Positions 9,197 to 18,642 are shown, counted from the stretch's first letter. The stretch is 64,000 nt of DNA from a virus (IMGVR_UViG_3300009682_000003:1-64000); one strand, 5' to 3'. Made by a program: numbers and translations. The notes: generated from the sequence alone by a model not told the origin.

Positions 9197-9550
9197 CTAC
9201 TCGTTTTCGGGCTCGTCGTCGTCGCCCTCGTAGTCGGGCGCGTGCTTTTCGGCCTCCTCGCCGTAAGCGTCCACGTCCTCGATGCCGCAGCCGATTCCGA
9301 GGAAATGGTCGTCGGCTTCCGCGAGCGACCAGCGCCCGCCGCGAGCGACCAGCGAGGCCGGGATCAGGCCTGCCGCCCCGTCACGCAGCAGCGCAATGGC
9401 TGCGACGGGCTGGTAGTCGGCCTCTCCTTCCTCCGTCCAGAACGCGGCCTGGAAGCCCTCTTGGAGCGGCAGCACGCGCTCCATGGTGAGCTTGCCGAGC
9501 CCGGTTCCCGCGTCCTTCGTCCCCTTGGTTGCCCTTCTCGGTGTCGTCAT
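9197..9550 (-). CDS. hypothetical protein, acidic C-terminus
   Basis: ATGA overlap with upstream gene. Confidence 0.6.
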   Translation of the reverse strand: MTTPRRATKGTKDAGTGLGKLTMERVLPLQEGFQAAFWTEEGEADYQPVAAIALLRDGAAGLIPASLVARGGRWSLAEADDHFLGIGCGIEDVDAYGEEAEKHAPDYEGDDDEPENE

Positions 9551-9762
9551 GGTCCGGTTCCTCCCTTGTGCATCATCGCCGCGCACGGGCGGCACAGTGT
9601 CAGCGTGAGGCCCGATTCGGGCCACTCGACGGTCGTGAAGTCGTCGCCCGCCAGCGCGCGAGCGTCCTCGGGCGTCTGCGCCATCGGGCCTCGCTGCCGG
9701 CACCCAGGCGCCTGGCACGTCACCGCGCAGGCCTGGACGGTTTCGACGTTGTGCTCAGCCAC
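9547..9762 (-). CDS. small CxxxxC hypothetical protein
   Basis: Coupled small ORF. Confidence 0.5.
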   Translation of the reverse strand: MAEHNVETVQACAVTCQAPGCRQRGPMAQTPEDARALAGDDFTTVEWPESGLTLTLCRPCAAMMHKGGTGP

Positions 9763-9991
9763 CGTTCTGCTCCTTCTTTGCGGCGCGCCGCACCCTGCGC
9801 GACACGTCGGCGTACACGTTCGCCGTCACGAGCGCCAGGGCCATGTGCTCTGGCGCCACAGCGTCTGCGCCCTCGCGCGTTGCCGCGCGCTCCGCTGCGG
9901 TGCGCAGGGCTTGCGTAGCCAGGTCGAGCCAGTGCTCGGCCACGGGCGTCCAGTTCCTACGATTGCGTTTCGTCTGGTTCTTCTTCGGCAT
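9755..9991 (-). CDS. hypothetical protein
   Basis: Coupled small ORF, basic N-terminus. Confidence 0.5.
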   Translation of the reverse strand: MPKKNQTKRNRRNWTPVAEHWLDLATQALRTAAERAATREGADAVAPEHMALALVTANVYADVSRRVRRAAKKEQNGG

Positions 9992-10023
9992 GTGTTTCCC
10001 CTTCTGGGCGCCATGGGCGCCCG

Positions 10024-10287
10024 CTATCGAACACCAGGCAGCGCACCTTGCGTCTTGCGGTGCCACCTGTAGACCGCCACGACGGCGCGCATGGGCACCC
10101 AGCGCGGCTGGGCCTCCTCGCCGTGGTGGGGCATCACTCGCACAGCGGCAGCCTTGCCGCCGCGCCTCCCTCCGCAGTACCTCCAGCGGTGGCCGTCCTG
10201 AAAATAGTGCACAACGTCGCCCTCCTCGGGCAGGTCGTGCACCAGGACGAAGACTCGGCCACGCGCCTTGATCTGCTCAGCGACCAC
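10024..10287 (-). CDS. hypothetical protein
   Basis: GTG start after AGGTGAG. Confidence 0.55.
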   Translation of the reverse strand: MVAEQIKARGRVFVLVHDLPEEGDVVHYFQDGHRWRYCGGRRGGKAAAVRVMPHHGEEAQPRWVPMRAVVAVYRWHRKTQGALPGVR

Positions 10288-10290
10288 GTC

Positions 10291-11454
10291 TCACCTTTCG
10301 TCCTCGCTCTCGCCCCCGTAGGCCAAGGGCTCGGTGAGCACCGTCGCGCGCATATCGATCCCGAGCTGCCGGTGCCTGACCGTCACACGCACCGCCCCGC
10401 GCCACACCGATTTGCCGGTTGGCGCGATGTCAGCGCGTCCGCACTCGCTCACCTCGATCTCGCCGCCGTCGTCCGCCAGAGCCGCCGCACGCATGGACGC
10501 TTGCCCCTCGACGAGCGCGTCGCGCACCGCGTATGCGTCGTCGCTCGGCACGCGCTCGGGCACCTCGAAATCGTAGGTGTCCACGTACGTCGCCCATTCG
10601 GGGCGCCAGTTCGGCAGCGCCTCCCGTGCGAGTCTCTGCGCCTCCTTGCCGAGCGCCTGGGTGAGGTAATCCGCCACCTCGTCGAGCGCACCGCTGCGCC
10701 CCTCCGCGGCAGCCCGCCGCATCCTCGCGGGCAGATCTGCCTGCTCGACGATCCACGCAAGCGCGTTGTCGATCCTGGCCTGCTCCTTTGCCTGCTCTAT
10801 CTCGCGGCGCGCGTCCTGCTTGCGCTTCGCCTTCTCGATCCGACGCGCAAGCGCTTCCTTGAAGGCCTGCGTGTCCTTTGCGCTTCCCAACACGTCGCGC
10901 CCACCGACAGACCAGACCTGGCGGGCGTTGGTGTTGAACCGCGCCATGTCCCCCGCGTCGTGGTCGTGCGGCACACTGGTTGCGACTCCGTCGATCGTGA
11001 CGACGGCGTCGTCGGGCGCCGCGAGCCACGCTGCGAGCCACGACGCCTCCCGCTTCGTCTGCTCGTCGATGAGCCGTTGCCGCTCGTTCTCCTCCTGCTC
11101 GATCCGCTGCGCGGCCAGCGCGAGCTGCTCGTCCACACGCACCGCCTTGGCCGCGGGAGCGATCGACAGTACCGCGCGGAGCTGTTGATTGACCTCCTTG
11201 TCTGCCTGATAGCTGGTCTTCGCGACCGTGCCGTCCGGGTTGATCACGCAGCGGGCTTGCGCCCACGCCTTGAGCGTGGCCACAGCATCGACGGCGATCG
11301 TCCTCTGAGCGATCGGCCCGTACTCCTCGATCCACTGCGCTCGCTCGACCATGTCCGCCGGCACCACACTGTCGGCTTCCACCAAGTACTCGACCTGCGC
11401 CAGCCGTTCCTGCGCCTCGTCCTTCTCGTCCCTGCACTCGATCTGCTCGTCCAT
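10291..11454 (-). CDS. hypothetical coiled-coil protein
   Basis: GGAGG RBS; E/Q/A/R-rich helical composition. Confidence 0.7.
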   Translation of the reverse strand: MDEQIECRDEKDEAQERLAQVEYLVEADSVVPADMVERAQWIEEYGPIAQRTIAVDAVATLKAWAQARCVINPDGTVAKTSYQADKEVNQQLRAVLSIAPAAKAVRVDEQLALAAQRIEQEENERQRLIDEQTKREASWLAAWLAAPDDAVVTIDGVATSVPHDHDAGDMARFNTNARQVWSVGGRDVLGSAKDTQAFKEALARRIEKAKRKQDARREIEQAKEQARIDNALAWIVEQADLPARMRRAAAEGRSGALDEVADYLTQALGKEAQRLAREALPNWRPEWATYVDTYDFEVPERVPSDDAYAVRDALVEGQASMRAAALADDGGEIEVSECGRADIAPTGKSVWRGAVRVTVRHRQLGIDMRATVLTEPLAYGGESEDER

Positions 11455-11573
11455 CTGTGCCTCCCGCCCGTCTCGGGCTGGTCGAGCCGGTCACCGTGAC
11501 CGGCCCCGCGCTGCGAGCGCGGCTACTGCCCCCCCACGCGGGCGTCGAGGGGCAGACGTCGCGCGCGCAGCGG

Positions 11574-11870
11574 CTACGCCCACCAGGGGTTCCGCGCCCA
11601 CTCGACGAACGCTGCGCGGTTCTGCGCGTCCCAGGTGGCCATCGCCTGGTCGACGTCGAAGTAGCCGCAGCGGCGGCGCTTGGCCGCTCGCGGGTTGTAG
11701 ACCATGAGGACGAACTGCGCGGCGCACACCGCGCCGTCCGAGGCCGCAGCACTGCGCGCCCAGCGCGCGAGCTTGTCCGCGTTGAACGGCAGCACGCCGT
11801 CCGCCGCTTCGAGTACGTGGAACGACAGCGCAAGCGCCGTCAGCTTGGGGTAGTGGTTGATCTGGTTCAT
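11574..11870 (-). CDS. hypothetical protein
   Basis: Coupled ORF. Confidence 0.6.
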   Translation of the reverse strand: MNQINHYPKLTALALSFHVLEAADGVLPFNADKLARWARSAAASDGAVCAAQFVLMVYNPRAAKRRRCGYFDVDQAMATWDAQNRAAFVEWARNPWWA

Positions 11871-12658
11871 GCTCGCTTGACCTCCCAACGTTCAGCGCCG
11901 AACGGCAACGAGCCGCCGGCCTTCCGCCTCAGTGCCTCTCGGGCGAGCGCGACGACGTGCTCGCGCTCCGCGTCCTCGCTCGCCCTCACCTGCACCGCCC
12001 CCTCGTAGGTGCCGATGCTGTATCGTACGATCCAGGTCGCGACCTCCTCGACCGGCAGCCGGGCCGGGGGCGCCTGCGCCGGCAGCTCGACAGACCAGCG
12101 CTCGTGCGCGTTCCAGACCGGCGGTGTCTGCCCCTCGGCCTCGAACGCTCGGATGAGGGCGCGGCGCGCGATGCGCTGCACCTCGTCGGGCGCAGCGTCC
12201 GCAGGGGCCTGCACCTCGACCGTGCCCGAGCTGGTGGCGCCGTCCCGGGAGCACGACGTGCACTCGTAGTGGGCGCGCCAGGTGACCGCAGGACGGCGCC
12301 GTGGGCGGGGGGGCGCAACCTCGCCCACGACGCGCCTTGCGTCGCGCCAGGCGGCGCTCTCGGCCCAGCCCTGGGCCTCCAGGTATCGCGCCAGGTGGCG
12401 CACGACCTGGGGCTTGGTCGAGCCCTGCGCGCGGTGCTCGCGGGCCATGAGCCGGGCTGCCCCGATCGCCTCTTCGCGGCGCTCAACCTCCCGATCGGAC
12501 TCGGCGCCGTGGTCGCTGACCACGACCTGAAGCGAGGCCGTGACGGTGCTCGCGATCCAGGCCTCGACGGTAGAGCGGGGCGCCCTGCTCTTGCCGTACA
12601 GTCCCCCGATGGCCCTGAGCTGCTCGTCGTCCAGCTCGAACGTCATGCGGACCTTCAC
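11867..12658 (-). CDS. hypothetical protein (RHH-like N-terminus, duplicated small C-terminal module)
   Basis: RMTFELDDEQL; TWRAHY...GTVEVQA and TWIVRY...GAVQVRA. Confidence 0.55.
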   Translation of the reverse strand: MKVRMTFELDDEQLRAIGGLYGKSRAPRSTVEAWIASTVTASLQVVVSDHGAESDREVERREEAIGAARLMAREHRAQGSTKPQVVRHLARYLEAQGWAESAAWRDARRVVGEVAPPRPRRRPAVTWRAHYECTSCSRDGATSSGTVEVQAPADAAPDEVQRIARRALIRAFEAEGQTPPVWNAHERWSVELPAQAPPARLPVEEVATWIVRYSIGTYEGAVQVRASEDAEREHVVALAREALRRKAGGSLPFGAERWEVKRA

Positions 12659-13362
12659 GGCTCGCCCCCTTCCCCGTCGCCCTCGCCGTCGTCCTCGCTG
12701 ACCATGTGCTCCTCGCAGTCGCCGCACATGAGTCGCGCGTCAGGCTTGGCCCAGGCGTTGGCCTGGCAGCCCGGGCAGGTGTACTTCACCTTGCTCTTGC
12801 GCCTCGCGCCGCTCCCGCCGCTGAGCGCCCCCTCGACGCAGGTGAACGGCAGCAGCCAGTCAGCCGGCATGGCCGCGTAGGCCTTTGCGAACGGGCCGTC
12901 CTCGATCACGTAGTGGGTCATGCGCTGACCGACGCGCGCACCGCCGGGCTCGCCCGTCGCGCTTGGCATGAGGCCGATCTGCTCCATCTTGTTCGCCCAC
13001 TCGGCGTTGTGGTAGCCCGATCGGCTCGGCTTGCCGAAGTCCTGCTGCCACTGGTGCGCCATCTCGTGAACGATCGTGCTCGCGACGTCGCGCGGATCTC
13101 GCGCCGCGAGCGTCGCGGGGTTCAGGCTGATCTCGTGCAGCCTGGTCTTGCCCTTGCCGCCCTCGCCGGTCTGCGGCGTCCAGCGATCGGGGGCGAAGAA
13201 GCCGAGCACGCGGGGGCTCTTGCCGCGCGAGAAGTTGAGCATGACCGGCTGGAGCTTGCCGGCGAAGATCTGCTCGTTGAAGTAGTGCCAGATCCGCTGG
13301 AAGGCCTCGGCCTGGGTTAGCGTGGGCGCCTCGGCGGCGCGCTTGGCTTGCTGCTTGGTCAT
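12655..13362 (-). CDS. SprT-like zinc metalloprotease with C-terminal Zn ribbon
   Basis: HEISLNP, TIVHEMAHQWQ, CPGC...CGDC. Confidence 0.88.
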   Translation of the reverse strand: MTKQQAKRAAEAPTLTQAEAFQRIWHYFNEQIFAGKLQPVMLNFSRGKSPRVLGFFAPDRWTPQTGEGGKGKTRLHEISLNPATLAARDPRDVASTIVHEMAHQWQQDFGKPSRSGYHNAEWANKMEQIGLMPSATGEPGGARVGQRMTHYVIEDGPFAKAYAAMPADWLLPFTCVEGALSGGSGARRKSKVKYTCPGCQANAWAKPDARLMCGDCEEHMVSEDDGEGDGEGGEP

Positions 13363-13586
13363 CGGTCCCCTCCCTCGGTTCGGAACCAGCCGCCGTTGCG
13401 GTACTCGACGAGGCCCAGCCGCTCCAACGCGCGGAGCTGCTGGCGCACGCTGGCCGGCTGCTCGTCGCCGGCCTTGCCCTCCACCAGGCGCGCGAGCGCG
13501 GCCTCGCGCCTGCGCCGAGCTGCGGCTTGCTTGTTGGCCTTGGCCTGGCGGTTCACCGCCGCGCCGATCTGCATCACGTCCTTCAT
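13359..13586 (-). CDS. small winged-helix-like protein
   Basis: VRQQLRALERLGLVEY. Confidence 0.5.
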   Translation of the reverse strand: MKDVMQIGAAVNRQAKANKQAAARRRREAALARLVEGKAGDEQPASVRQQLRALERLGLVEYRNGGWFRTEGGDR

Positions 13587-13969
13587 GACCGTCCCCTTTC
13601 GTCTTCGTCGAACGCCGGCTCCAGGTCGTATCCCATCGCGTCGTTGTAGGCCGCGACGCCCAGGCCCATGCCGGCCTGCATCGCGTGCTCGCGCAGGCCT
13701 TCGTCGTCGTCGTCGGGCGTCCGCGTCCAGTCGGGGTTCCGACGCAGCCGGCGGTCACCGCCCGTGCCTTCGAGCACGACCCACTCGCACGGGATCGGCT
13801 TGCCGTCTGCCCACCGAGGGGGCGACGCGAACACGGCCTCGGCCTCCGCGAGCGTGGCGTACTCGTCGCCCGTGATGCAGTCGTCGTTGCCCTCGTCCGG
13901 GTGGCTCTGGAAGTAGAGCACCGCGTACGGCTTGTCCTGCCACACTTCGATCTTGACTTTGGCCATCAC
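13583..13969 (-). CDS. hypothetical protein
   Basis: Coupled ORF, acidic. Confidence 0.6.
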   Translation of the reverse strand: MMAKVKIEVWQDKPYAVLYFQSHPDEGNDDCITGDEYATLAEAEAVFASPPRWADGKPIPCEWVVLEGTGGDRRLRRNPDWTRTPDDDDEGLREHAMQAGMGLGVAAYNDAMGYDLEPAFDEDERGRS

Positions 13970-14214
13970 TTCACCTCTTCAAAGATTTCTAGGAACCGAC
14001 TGGGGCTCGTGTATTGCTCGTTGACGCGCGGGGCGACCTCGAAGCGCCCGCGCCCGAGGTAGGTGCCGCGCTTGAACAGCGGCTCGGTGTAGCGGTAGAC
14101 GACGATCGGAGCGCCGCCGATCGTGTGATCGATCCGCAGTACGAGGCAGAACCGCTGCACGCCTTGCACGAGGCGGCGACGCTTCCACCGCGTGCCGGGC
14201 TCGATCCTGGCCAT
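13966..14214 (-). CDS. hypothetical protein
   Basis: GTGATG overlap; MARIEPGTRWKRR. Confidence 0.55.
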   Translation of the reverse strand: MARIEPGTRWKRRRLVQGVQRFCLVLRIDHTIGGAPIVVYRYTEPLFKRGTYLGRGRFEVAPRVNEQYTSPSRFLEIFEEVK

Positions 14215-14453
14215 CACTTCACCTCCTTCGCGTCCTTGGCGGTGATGCGGTCGAGGTTGAGCTGCCAGGCCGTCACGCGGCCCATGCCGGCAGGGAGCGT
14301 GATGCGCAACACGTCGCTCGCGCGAAGCAACCGCGCCAGCGCCTGCTACTCGTCGGCGGCAGGGATCTCGATCTCGACGCGCAGGTGTGCGCAGTCGTGT
14401 CGGTGACCGGGTCGTTCGGTGATGTTTCCGAGGGTGAACTTGTATGTGGGCAT
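14214..14453 (-). pseudogene. 80-codon gene interrupted by in-frame TAG at 14346-14348
   Basis: MPTYKFTLG...EIPAADE*QALARLL...KEVK; frame continues to a TGA coupled to the next start. Confidence 0.55.
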
Positions 14454-14547
14454 GCTGTCCTCCTGCGCTGGTGCGCGTCACACGGGCCTGACGTGGCCCG
14501 GCTGCTGCCCCCCACCGCTCGGGTCGAGGGGCAGCCGCCGAGCGGCG

Positions 14548-15471
14548 TCACAGCCCCGTGGCCTCGCGCACGGCGCGAACAACCCCGGCTGCGACCGGCG
14601 GGCACACCGCGTTGCCGATGCCCAGCACGGCGTCAGCACGGCTGCTGCGCGGCCACTGGTAGCTGTCGTCAAAGCCCATGGCCCGCGCGTACTCGCGGAT
14701 CGTCAGCGGGCGGTACTTCGAGCCCCGCACGACGGCCCACTGGTCCTTGGTCGTGATGGTGCGGATCGGCTCGTGCACCGGGACGCCGGGGTGACCCGTG
14801 ACGTGCTGCACCAGGCAGTCGCGGCCCGAGCGAGCCTGAGCGGACCTGATGCGAGCCTGCGCCCCGGGCGACGCCGCCGTGATGGGGCGCCAGCCGGGCG
14901 CCTTGGGGTCGAGGTGCGGCCAGAACGCCGGCTCGGGCACCTCGGGGTCCGCGAGGCGCAAGCGGCCAGCAGCGCTCCCCCTGAGCCCAACAATGAACAG
15001 GCGCGTTCGGCGCTGCGGCACGCCCCAGCGGCTCGCGGTCAGCAGGTGTTCCGTCAGCGTGTAGCCGAGGGCTGCGAGGGCCTGGCACCACACGTTGAAC
15101 AGGCGCCACTGCTTGAACGAGGGGACGTTCTCCACCACGAGGGCGGCGGGCTCGGTCGCGTCGGCGCAGTCCACCACGGCCCAGGCCGTGGAGCGTAGCT
15201 CGTCGTGGTAGCGCCTGCGCGCCGGCTGGCTCGCCGTCGAGTGTCCCTGGCAGGCCGGCGACGCCAGCAGCACGTCGAACTCGGGCAGCGAGCCCCAGTC
15301 GGCCTGGCGCACGTCCTGGCAGGCGTGCATCGTGTTCGGGTGGTTGGAGGCGTGGGCCTCGACAGCCAGCGGCCAGTGGTTCGCGGCCCAGAGCACCTGG
15401 GCTCCAGCGGCGAGCGCCCCCGAGGTGAACCCACCCCAGCCGGCGAACAAGTCGATACAACGAACGGTCAT
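14548..15471 (-). CDS. DNA (cytosine-5) methyltransferase
   Basis: DLFAGWGG, ASPACQGHS, VENV, GVPQRRTRLF, GNAVCPP. Confidence 0.93.
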   Translation of the reverse strand: MTVRCIDLFAGWGGFTSGALAAGAQVLWAANHWPLAVEAHASNHPNTMHACQDVRQADWGSLPEFDVLLASPACQGHSTASQPARRRYHDELRSTAWAVVDCADATEPAALVVENVPSFKQWRLFNVWCQALAALGYTLTEHLLTASRWGVPQRRTRLFIVGLRGSAAGRLRLADPEVPEPAFWPHLDPKAPGWRPITAASPGAQARIRSAQARSGRDCLVQHVTGHPGVPVHEPIRTITTKDQWAVVRGSKYRPLTIREYARAMGFDDSYQWPRSSRADAVLGIGNAVCPPVAAGVVRAVREATGL

Positions 15472-15775
15472 TCAGGCCTCCCGGCTCCACCGGAGCCAAG
15501 CTCGCCCCCCTCCGTGGGGGCGGTGTCCCGGGCCAACCGACCCGGCCCGGCCCACCGAGGGCCGGTCCCTTGTATGTACCAGGGTTCAGACACCAAGGCC
15601 AGAAAAATGCTTGACAGGCCATAAACCTACGTTTTCGCCTGGTTTTTTTTTCGTTGGAGCTTGGAAGGTGGGGCCGGGAACCGCGCCCCAAGGGGATCAA
15701 GCCGATCCCGTTGGGATCGCCGGCTGGGGACGGGACCGGGAGGCCGGGAGGGAGGGGACCAAGCCCCCCGGCCCG

Positions 15776-16384
15776 TCACCGTGCGTCGTACGATACACGG
15801 AGCAGGTGCGGGTCGAGCTGTTCGTCGGTCCACCCGCCCACGGTCGCCCAGCGGTCCCCGAGAGCCACCCGAGCAGCCGAGGCGCGCAGGCCCCGCCAGC
15901 AGGCGCCCCCTGCGTACGCTGCAAGACGGTGCAGGTGCGGGTTAGACCTGCACTGGCCGTACGAGCTGCGAAGCACCGTCAGGCCCACCGCGGCGCACTT
16001 GCGTGGGTCGTCCAGCAGCTCTGGCCCGGTCCACCCGCGGGTGTAGGTGTTCGCGGTCCCTCGCTTCCCGAGGTTGATCTGCATGTAGCACCAGCTCCGT
16101 CCGCCGTCGTTCCACCCCACTTTGGCTAGGCGCGCGCGCTCGGCCCCCGTGGCAAGGACGATCTCGCTCCAGCCCGACTCGTACTTGCTCACGGCGAGCA
16201 TGAGCGCGGCTGTCCGCTTGCGGGCGTTCGGCCCCTGGAACACGGGCGCCTCGTCGGGGTTGTACGCTGCCCAGGCGACAGCGCCGGCCCACTGCTCGTA
16301 CCTGGCTCGGGCGTCGTCGTCCTGCGGGGGCACCGCGGAGGTCATGAGCCCGAGCAACCATGCTGCGACTGTTGTTAGATCCAT
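15776..16384 (-). CDS. Lysozyme/SLT-like endolysin candidate with hydrophobic N-terminus
   Basis: VSKYESG catalytic Glu motif; DGGRSWCYMQIN. Confidence 0.65.
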   Translation of the reverse strand: MDLTTVAAWLLGLMTSAVPPQDDDARARYEQWAGAVAWAAYNPDEAPVFQGPNARKRTAALMLAVSKYESGWSEIVLATGAERARLAKVGWNDGGRSWCYMQINLGKRGTANTYTRGWTGPELLDDPRKCAAVGLTVLRSSYGQCRSNPHLHRLAAYAGGACWRGLRASAARVALGDRWATVGGWTDEQLDPHLLRVSYDAR

Positions 16385-16463
16385 GCGCGGGTCGTACAGC
16401 CGGCGCGATCAGGGCGCAACCCGCGGTGGACGACTCGACGACCCGGAATTTCGATCCCAGGGG

Positions 16464-16622
16464 CTAGGGGTCCGACGAGAAATCTTGCCCCGCCGACGCA
16501 ACCCCGGTGGGCGCCGCCGCGCACCCGTGGGCGACCGCCGCCATGGCGACGCCGAACACCACGGACACGACCGCGAACACTTTGAGCACCCGCAGGCCCG
16601 TTCGGCTGATCAACGTTTGCAT
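16464..16622 (-). CDS. Small lipoprotein (o-spanin-like candidate)
   Basis: Hand translation MQTLISRTGLRVLKVFAVVSVVFGVAMAAVAHG/CAAAPTGVASAGQDFSSDP; overlaps end of 16610..16990. Confidence 0.45.
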   Translation of the reverse strand: MQTLISRTGLRVLKVFAVVSVVFGVAMAAVAHGCAAAPTGVASAGQDFSSDP

Positions 16623-16990
16623 GCTGCACCTCGCTGCGCGCAGAGCGCGGCTACGTTCTGTTCCAAGGCGCTAACGCGGCGCTGGAGCTCCCGCAAGTCC
16701 CCGGCCTGGTCGGTCGTGTCCTTGCTGCATTCCCGCAATCCGGCCTGCGCTTCGTTGACGCCCCGCTCGAGCGACACGGCGTGGACGACGTGGTCGCTCA
16801 GGCGCTTGTCGAGCGTTTCGACGGATTGCGCAACGCTGCGCAGCGAAGCAAGACTGGCACCCGCGCCGAAGATGACCGGGATCAGCCAAAGCACGAACGG
16901 GATGTACTTGCTTGCGCCCTTGTCGGGCTCGGGGGAGTTGTCTCTTCCAGCAGCCACGACGCTGTACCTACCCGGGCTTCTGTCCGCCAT
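16610..16990 (-). CDS. Membrane-anchored coiled-coil protein (i-spanin-like candidate)
   Basis: TM YIPFVLWLIPVIFGAGASLA followed by heptads and terminal Cys residues. Confidence 0.55.
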   Translation of the reverse strand: MADRSPGRYSVVAAGRDNSPEPDKGASKYIPFVLWLIPVIFGAGASLASLRSVAQSVETLDKRLSDHVVHAVSLERGVNEAQAGLRECSKDTTDQAGDLRELQRRVSALEQNVAALCAQRGAACKR

Positions 16991-17231
16991 TCGGAAAGCC
17001 TCGCCGCAAGTCCTGGGCGACGGACACGCCGCCTACCGCAAGAACGAAGACCATGATCCCGCGACCCGCCCATGCGGGAAGCTGCGCGAGCTGCGCGAGT
17101 GACACGAGCGCCGCGACCAGCGCGACGGCAAGCACGACCCAGGCGCCATCGAGCTTGGGCACCCGGCGGCGCAAGGCGGCGACCGCCGCGATCACGATTG
17201 CCACCTGCTCGGGCATAGACAGGTCGTCCAT
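16968..17231 (-). CDS. Holin-like small membrane protein (2-3 TM)
   Basis: 87 aa, mostly hydrophobic, basic C-terminus, upstream of spanin/lysin candidates. Confidence 0.6.
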   Translation of the reverse strand: MDDLSMPEQVAIVIAAVAALRRRVPKLDGAWVVLAVALVAALVSLAQLAQLPAWAGRGIMVFVLAVGGVSVAQDLRRGFPNGGQKPG

Positions 17232-17250
17232 GCCACCAAGTTACCACCGC

Positions 17251-18642
17251 TCAGGGCTCTTCGTCGTGGGAAAGGTTGTCGAATCGGGTGTACTGCTTCT
17301 CGAACGCGAGCCGGATCGTGTCGGTCGGGCCGTTGCGCTGCTTGGCCACAATCACGTCGCAAGTGCCCTTTGTCTCGGCGTCCTTGTCGTAGTAGTCCTC
17401 GCGGTAGAGGAACGCGACGACGTCCGCTTCTTGCTCAAGCTCGCCCGACTCGCGCAGGTCCGAAAGCATAGGTCGCCGCCCGCCGCGCCCTTCTTCCGGC
17501 CCCCGGTTGAGCTGGCACAGCGCCATGATCGGCACGTTGACGGCGCGGGCCGTGCGCTTGAGCGCTCGGGCGATCGAGCCGACCTGCTCTTGCCGGCTGC
17601 GCGCGGCGGGGTCTTGGGGGTTCATGATCTGGAGGTAGTCGACGACCGCAAGGGCGATGTGGTAGCCCAGCCGCGAAGCCATCGCGACGGATCGCTGGAG
17701 CTTCGCGCGCAGGTCGAGCGGCCCGAGGCCCACCGTGTCGTCCAAGTACATGGGCAGCTTGTAAAGCTCGTTGCGCACGTACTGCATGCGCCCAAGCTCC
17801 TCGTTGGTGACCATGCCCAGCCTCGCTCGGTTCAGGTCGATCCGTGCGCCCTGGCACACCAGCCGCATTGCAAGCTGGTCGCGCGGCATCTCCAGGCTGA
17901 ACACCACGGCTATGTTGCCGTTGGGCGTTGCCGGCTCCCCGAACACCGCGCCCTTGTACTCGGCAACGGTCTTCGCCGCCTGCATCGCGAAGCTCGTCTT
18001 CCCCATGCCAGGGCGCGCGGCGACGAGGATCAAGTCGGTGGCCATCCACCCACCCGTAACCTGATCGAGCCGCTTGAACCCGGTGGGGGCGCCCAGGCGC
18101 ATGCCATCGGAACGCGCGGCGACCTCCATCCGGTCGCTCGACTCCTTGATCGCCACGCTCAGCGGCACCAGCTCCTTGTCGACCTGGCCGCGGGCGACGC
18201 CAGCGATCTTCGCCTCGGCGTCGTCGAGGAAGCTCTGCGCCTCGCCTGGGTGCGCGTAGGCCTCGGCGGCAATCACCTGGCTGGCACGGATAAGCTCGCG
18301 CAGCCGCCACTTGTCCTTGACCCTGTCGCAGTAGGCCTTGACGTTCGAGACGACCGGGACCGCGTCAAGCACCTCCGCAAGGTACACGGCGCCGCCCACC
18401 CGCTGGAGCATTTCGCGATCGGCCAGCCACGACCGCACGGTAAGAATGTCGATCGGAACGCCACGCCCGTGCAGGTCGATCATGGCGTGGAAGATCTTGG
18501 CGTTGGCGTCCGAGTAGAAGTGCTCGGGGTGGAGCGAAGCAATAACCTCGGCGCCGTAGCGCTCGGGGTCGAGAAGGACGGTGGAAAGAACCGCCGCCTC
18601 TGCGGTTAAGTCGTTGGGCGGTACGATGCGTTCGGTTGTCAT
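17251..18642 (-). CDS. dnaB: Replicative DNA helicase DnaB
   Basis: PPNDLTAEAAVL, AARPGMGKTSF, FSLEM, VDYLQ, LCQLNR, LSDLRESGELEQEAD, KQRNGP. Confidence 0.97.
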   Translation of the reverse strand: MTTERIVPPNDLTAEAAVLSTVLLDPERYGAEVIASLHPEHFYSDANAKIFHAMIDLHGRGVPIDILTVRSWLADREMLQRVGGAVYLAEVLDAVPVVSNVKAYCDRVKDKWRLRELIRASQVIAAEAYAHPGEAQSFLDDAEAKIAGVARGQVDKELVPLSVAIKESSDRMEVAARSDGMRLGAPTGFKRLDQVTGGWMATDLILVAARPGMGKTSFAMQAAKTVAEYKGAVFGEPATPNGNIAVVFSLEMPRDQLAMRLVCQGARIDLNRARLGMVTNEELGRMQYVRNELYKLPMYLDDTVGLGPLDLRAKLQRSVAMASRLGYHIALAVVDYLQIMNPQDPAARSRQEQVGSIARALKRTARAVNVPIMALCQLNRGPEEGRGGRRPMLSDLRESGELEQEADVVAFLYREDYYDKDAETKGTCDVIVAKQRNGPTDTIRLAFEKQYTRFDNLSHDEEP

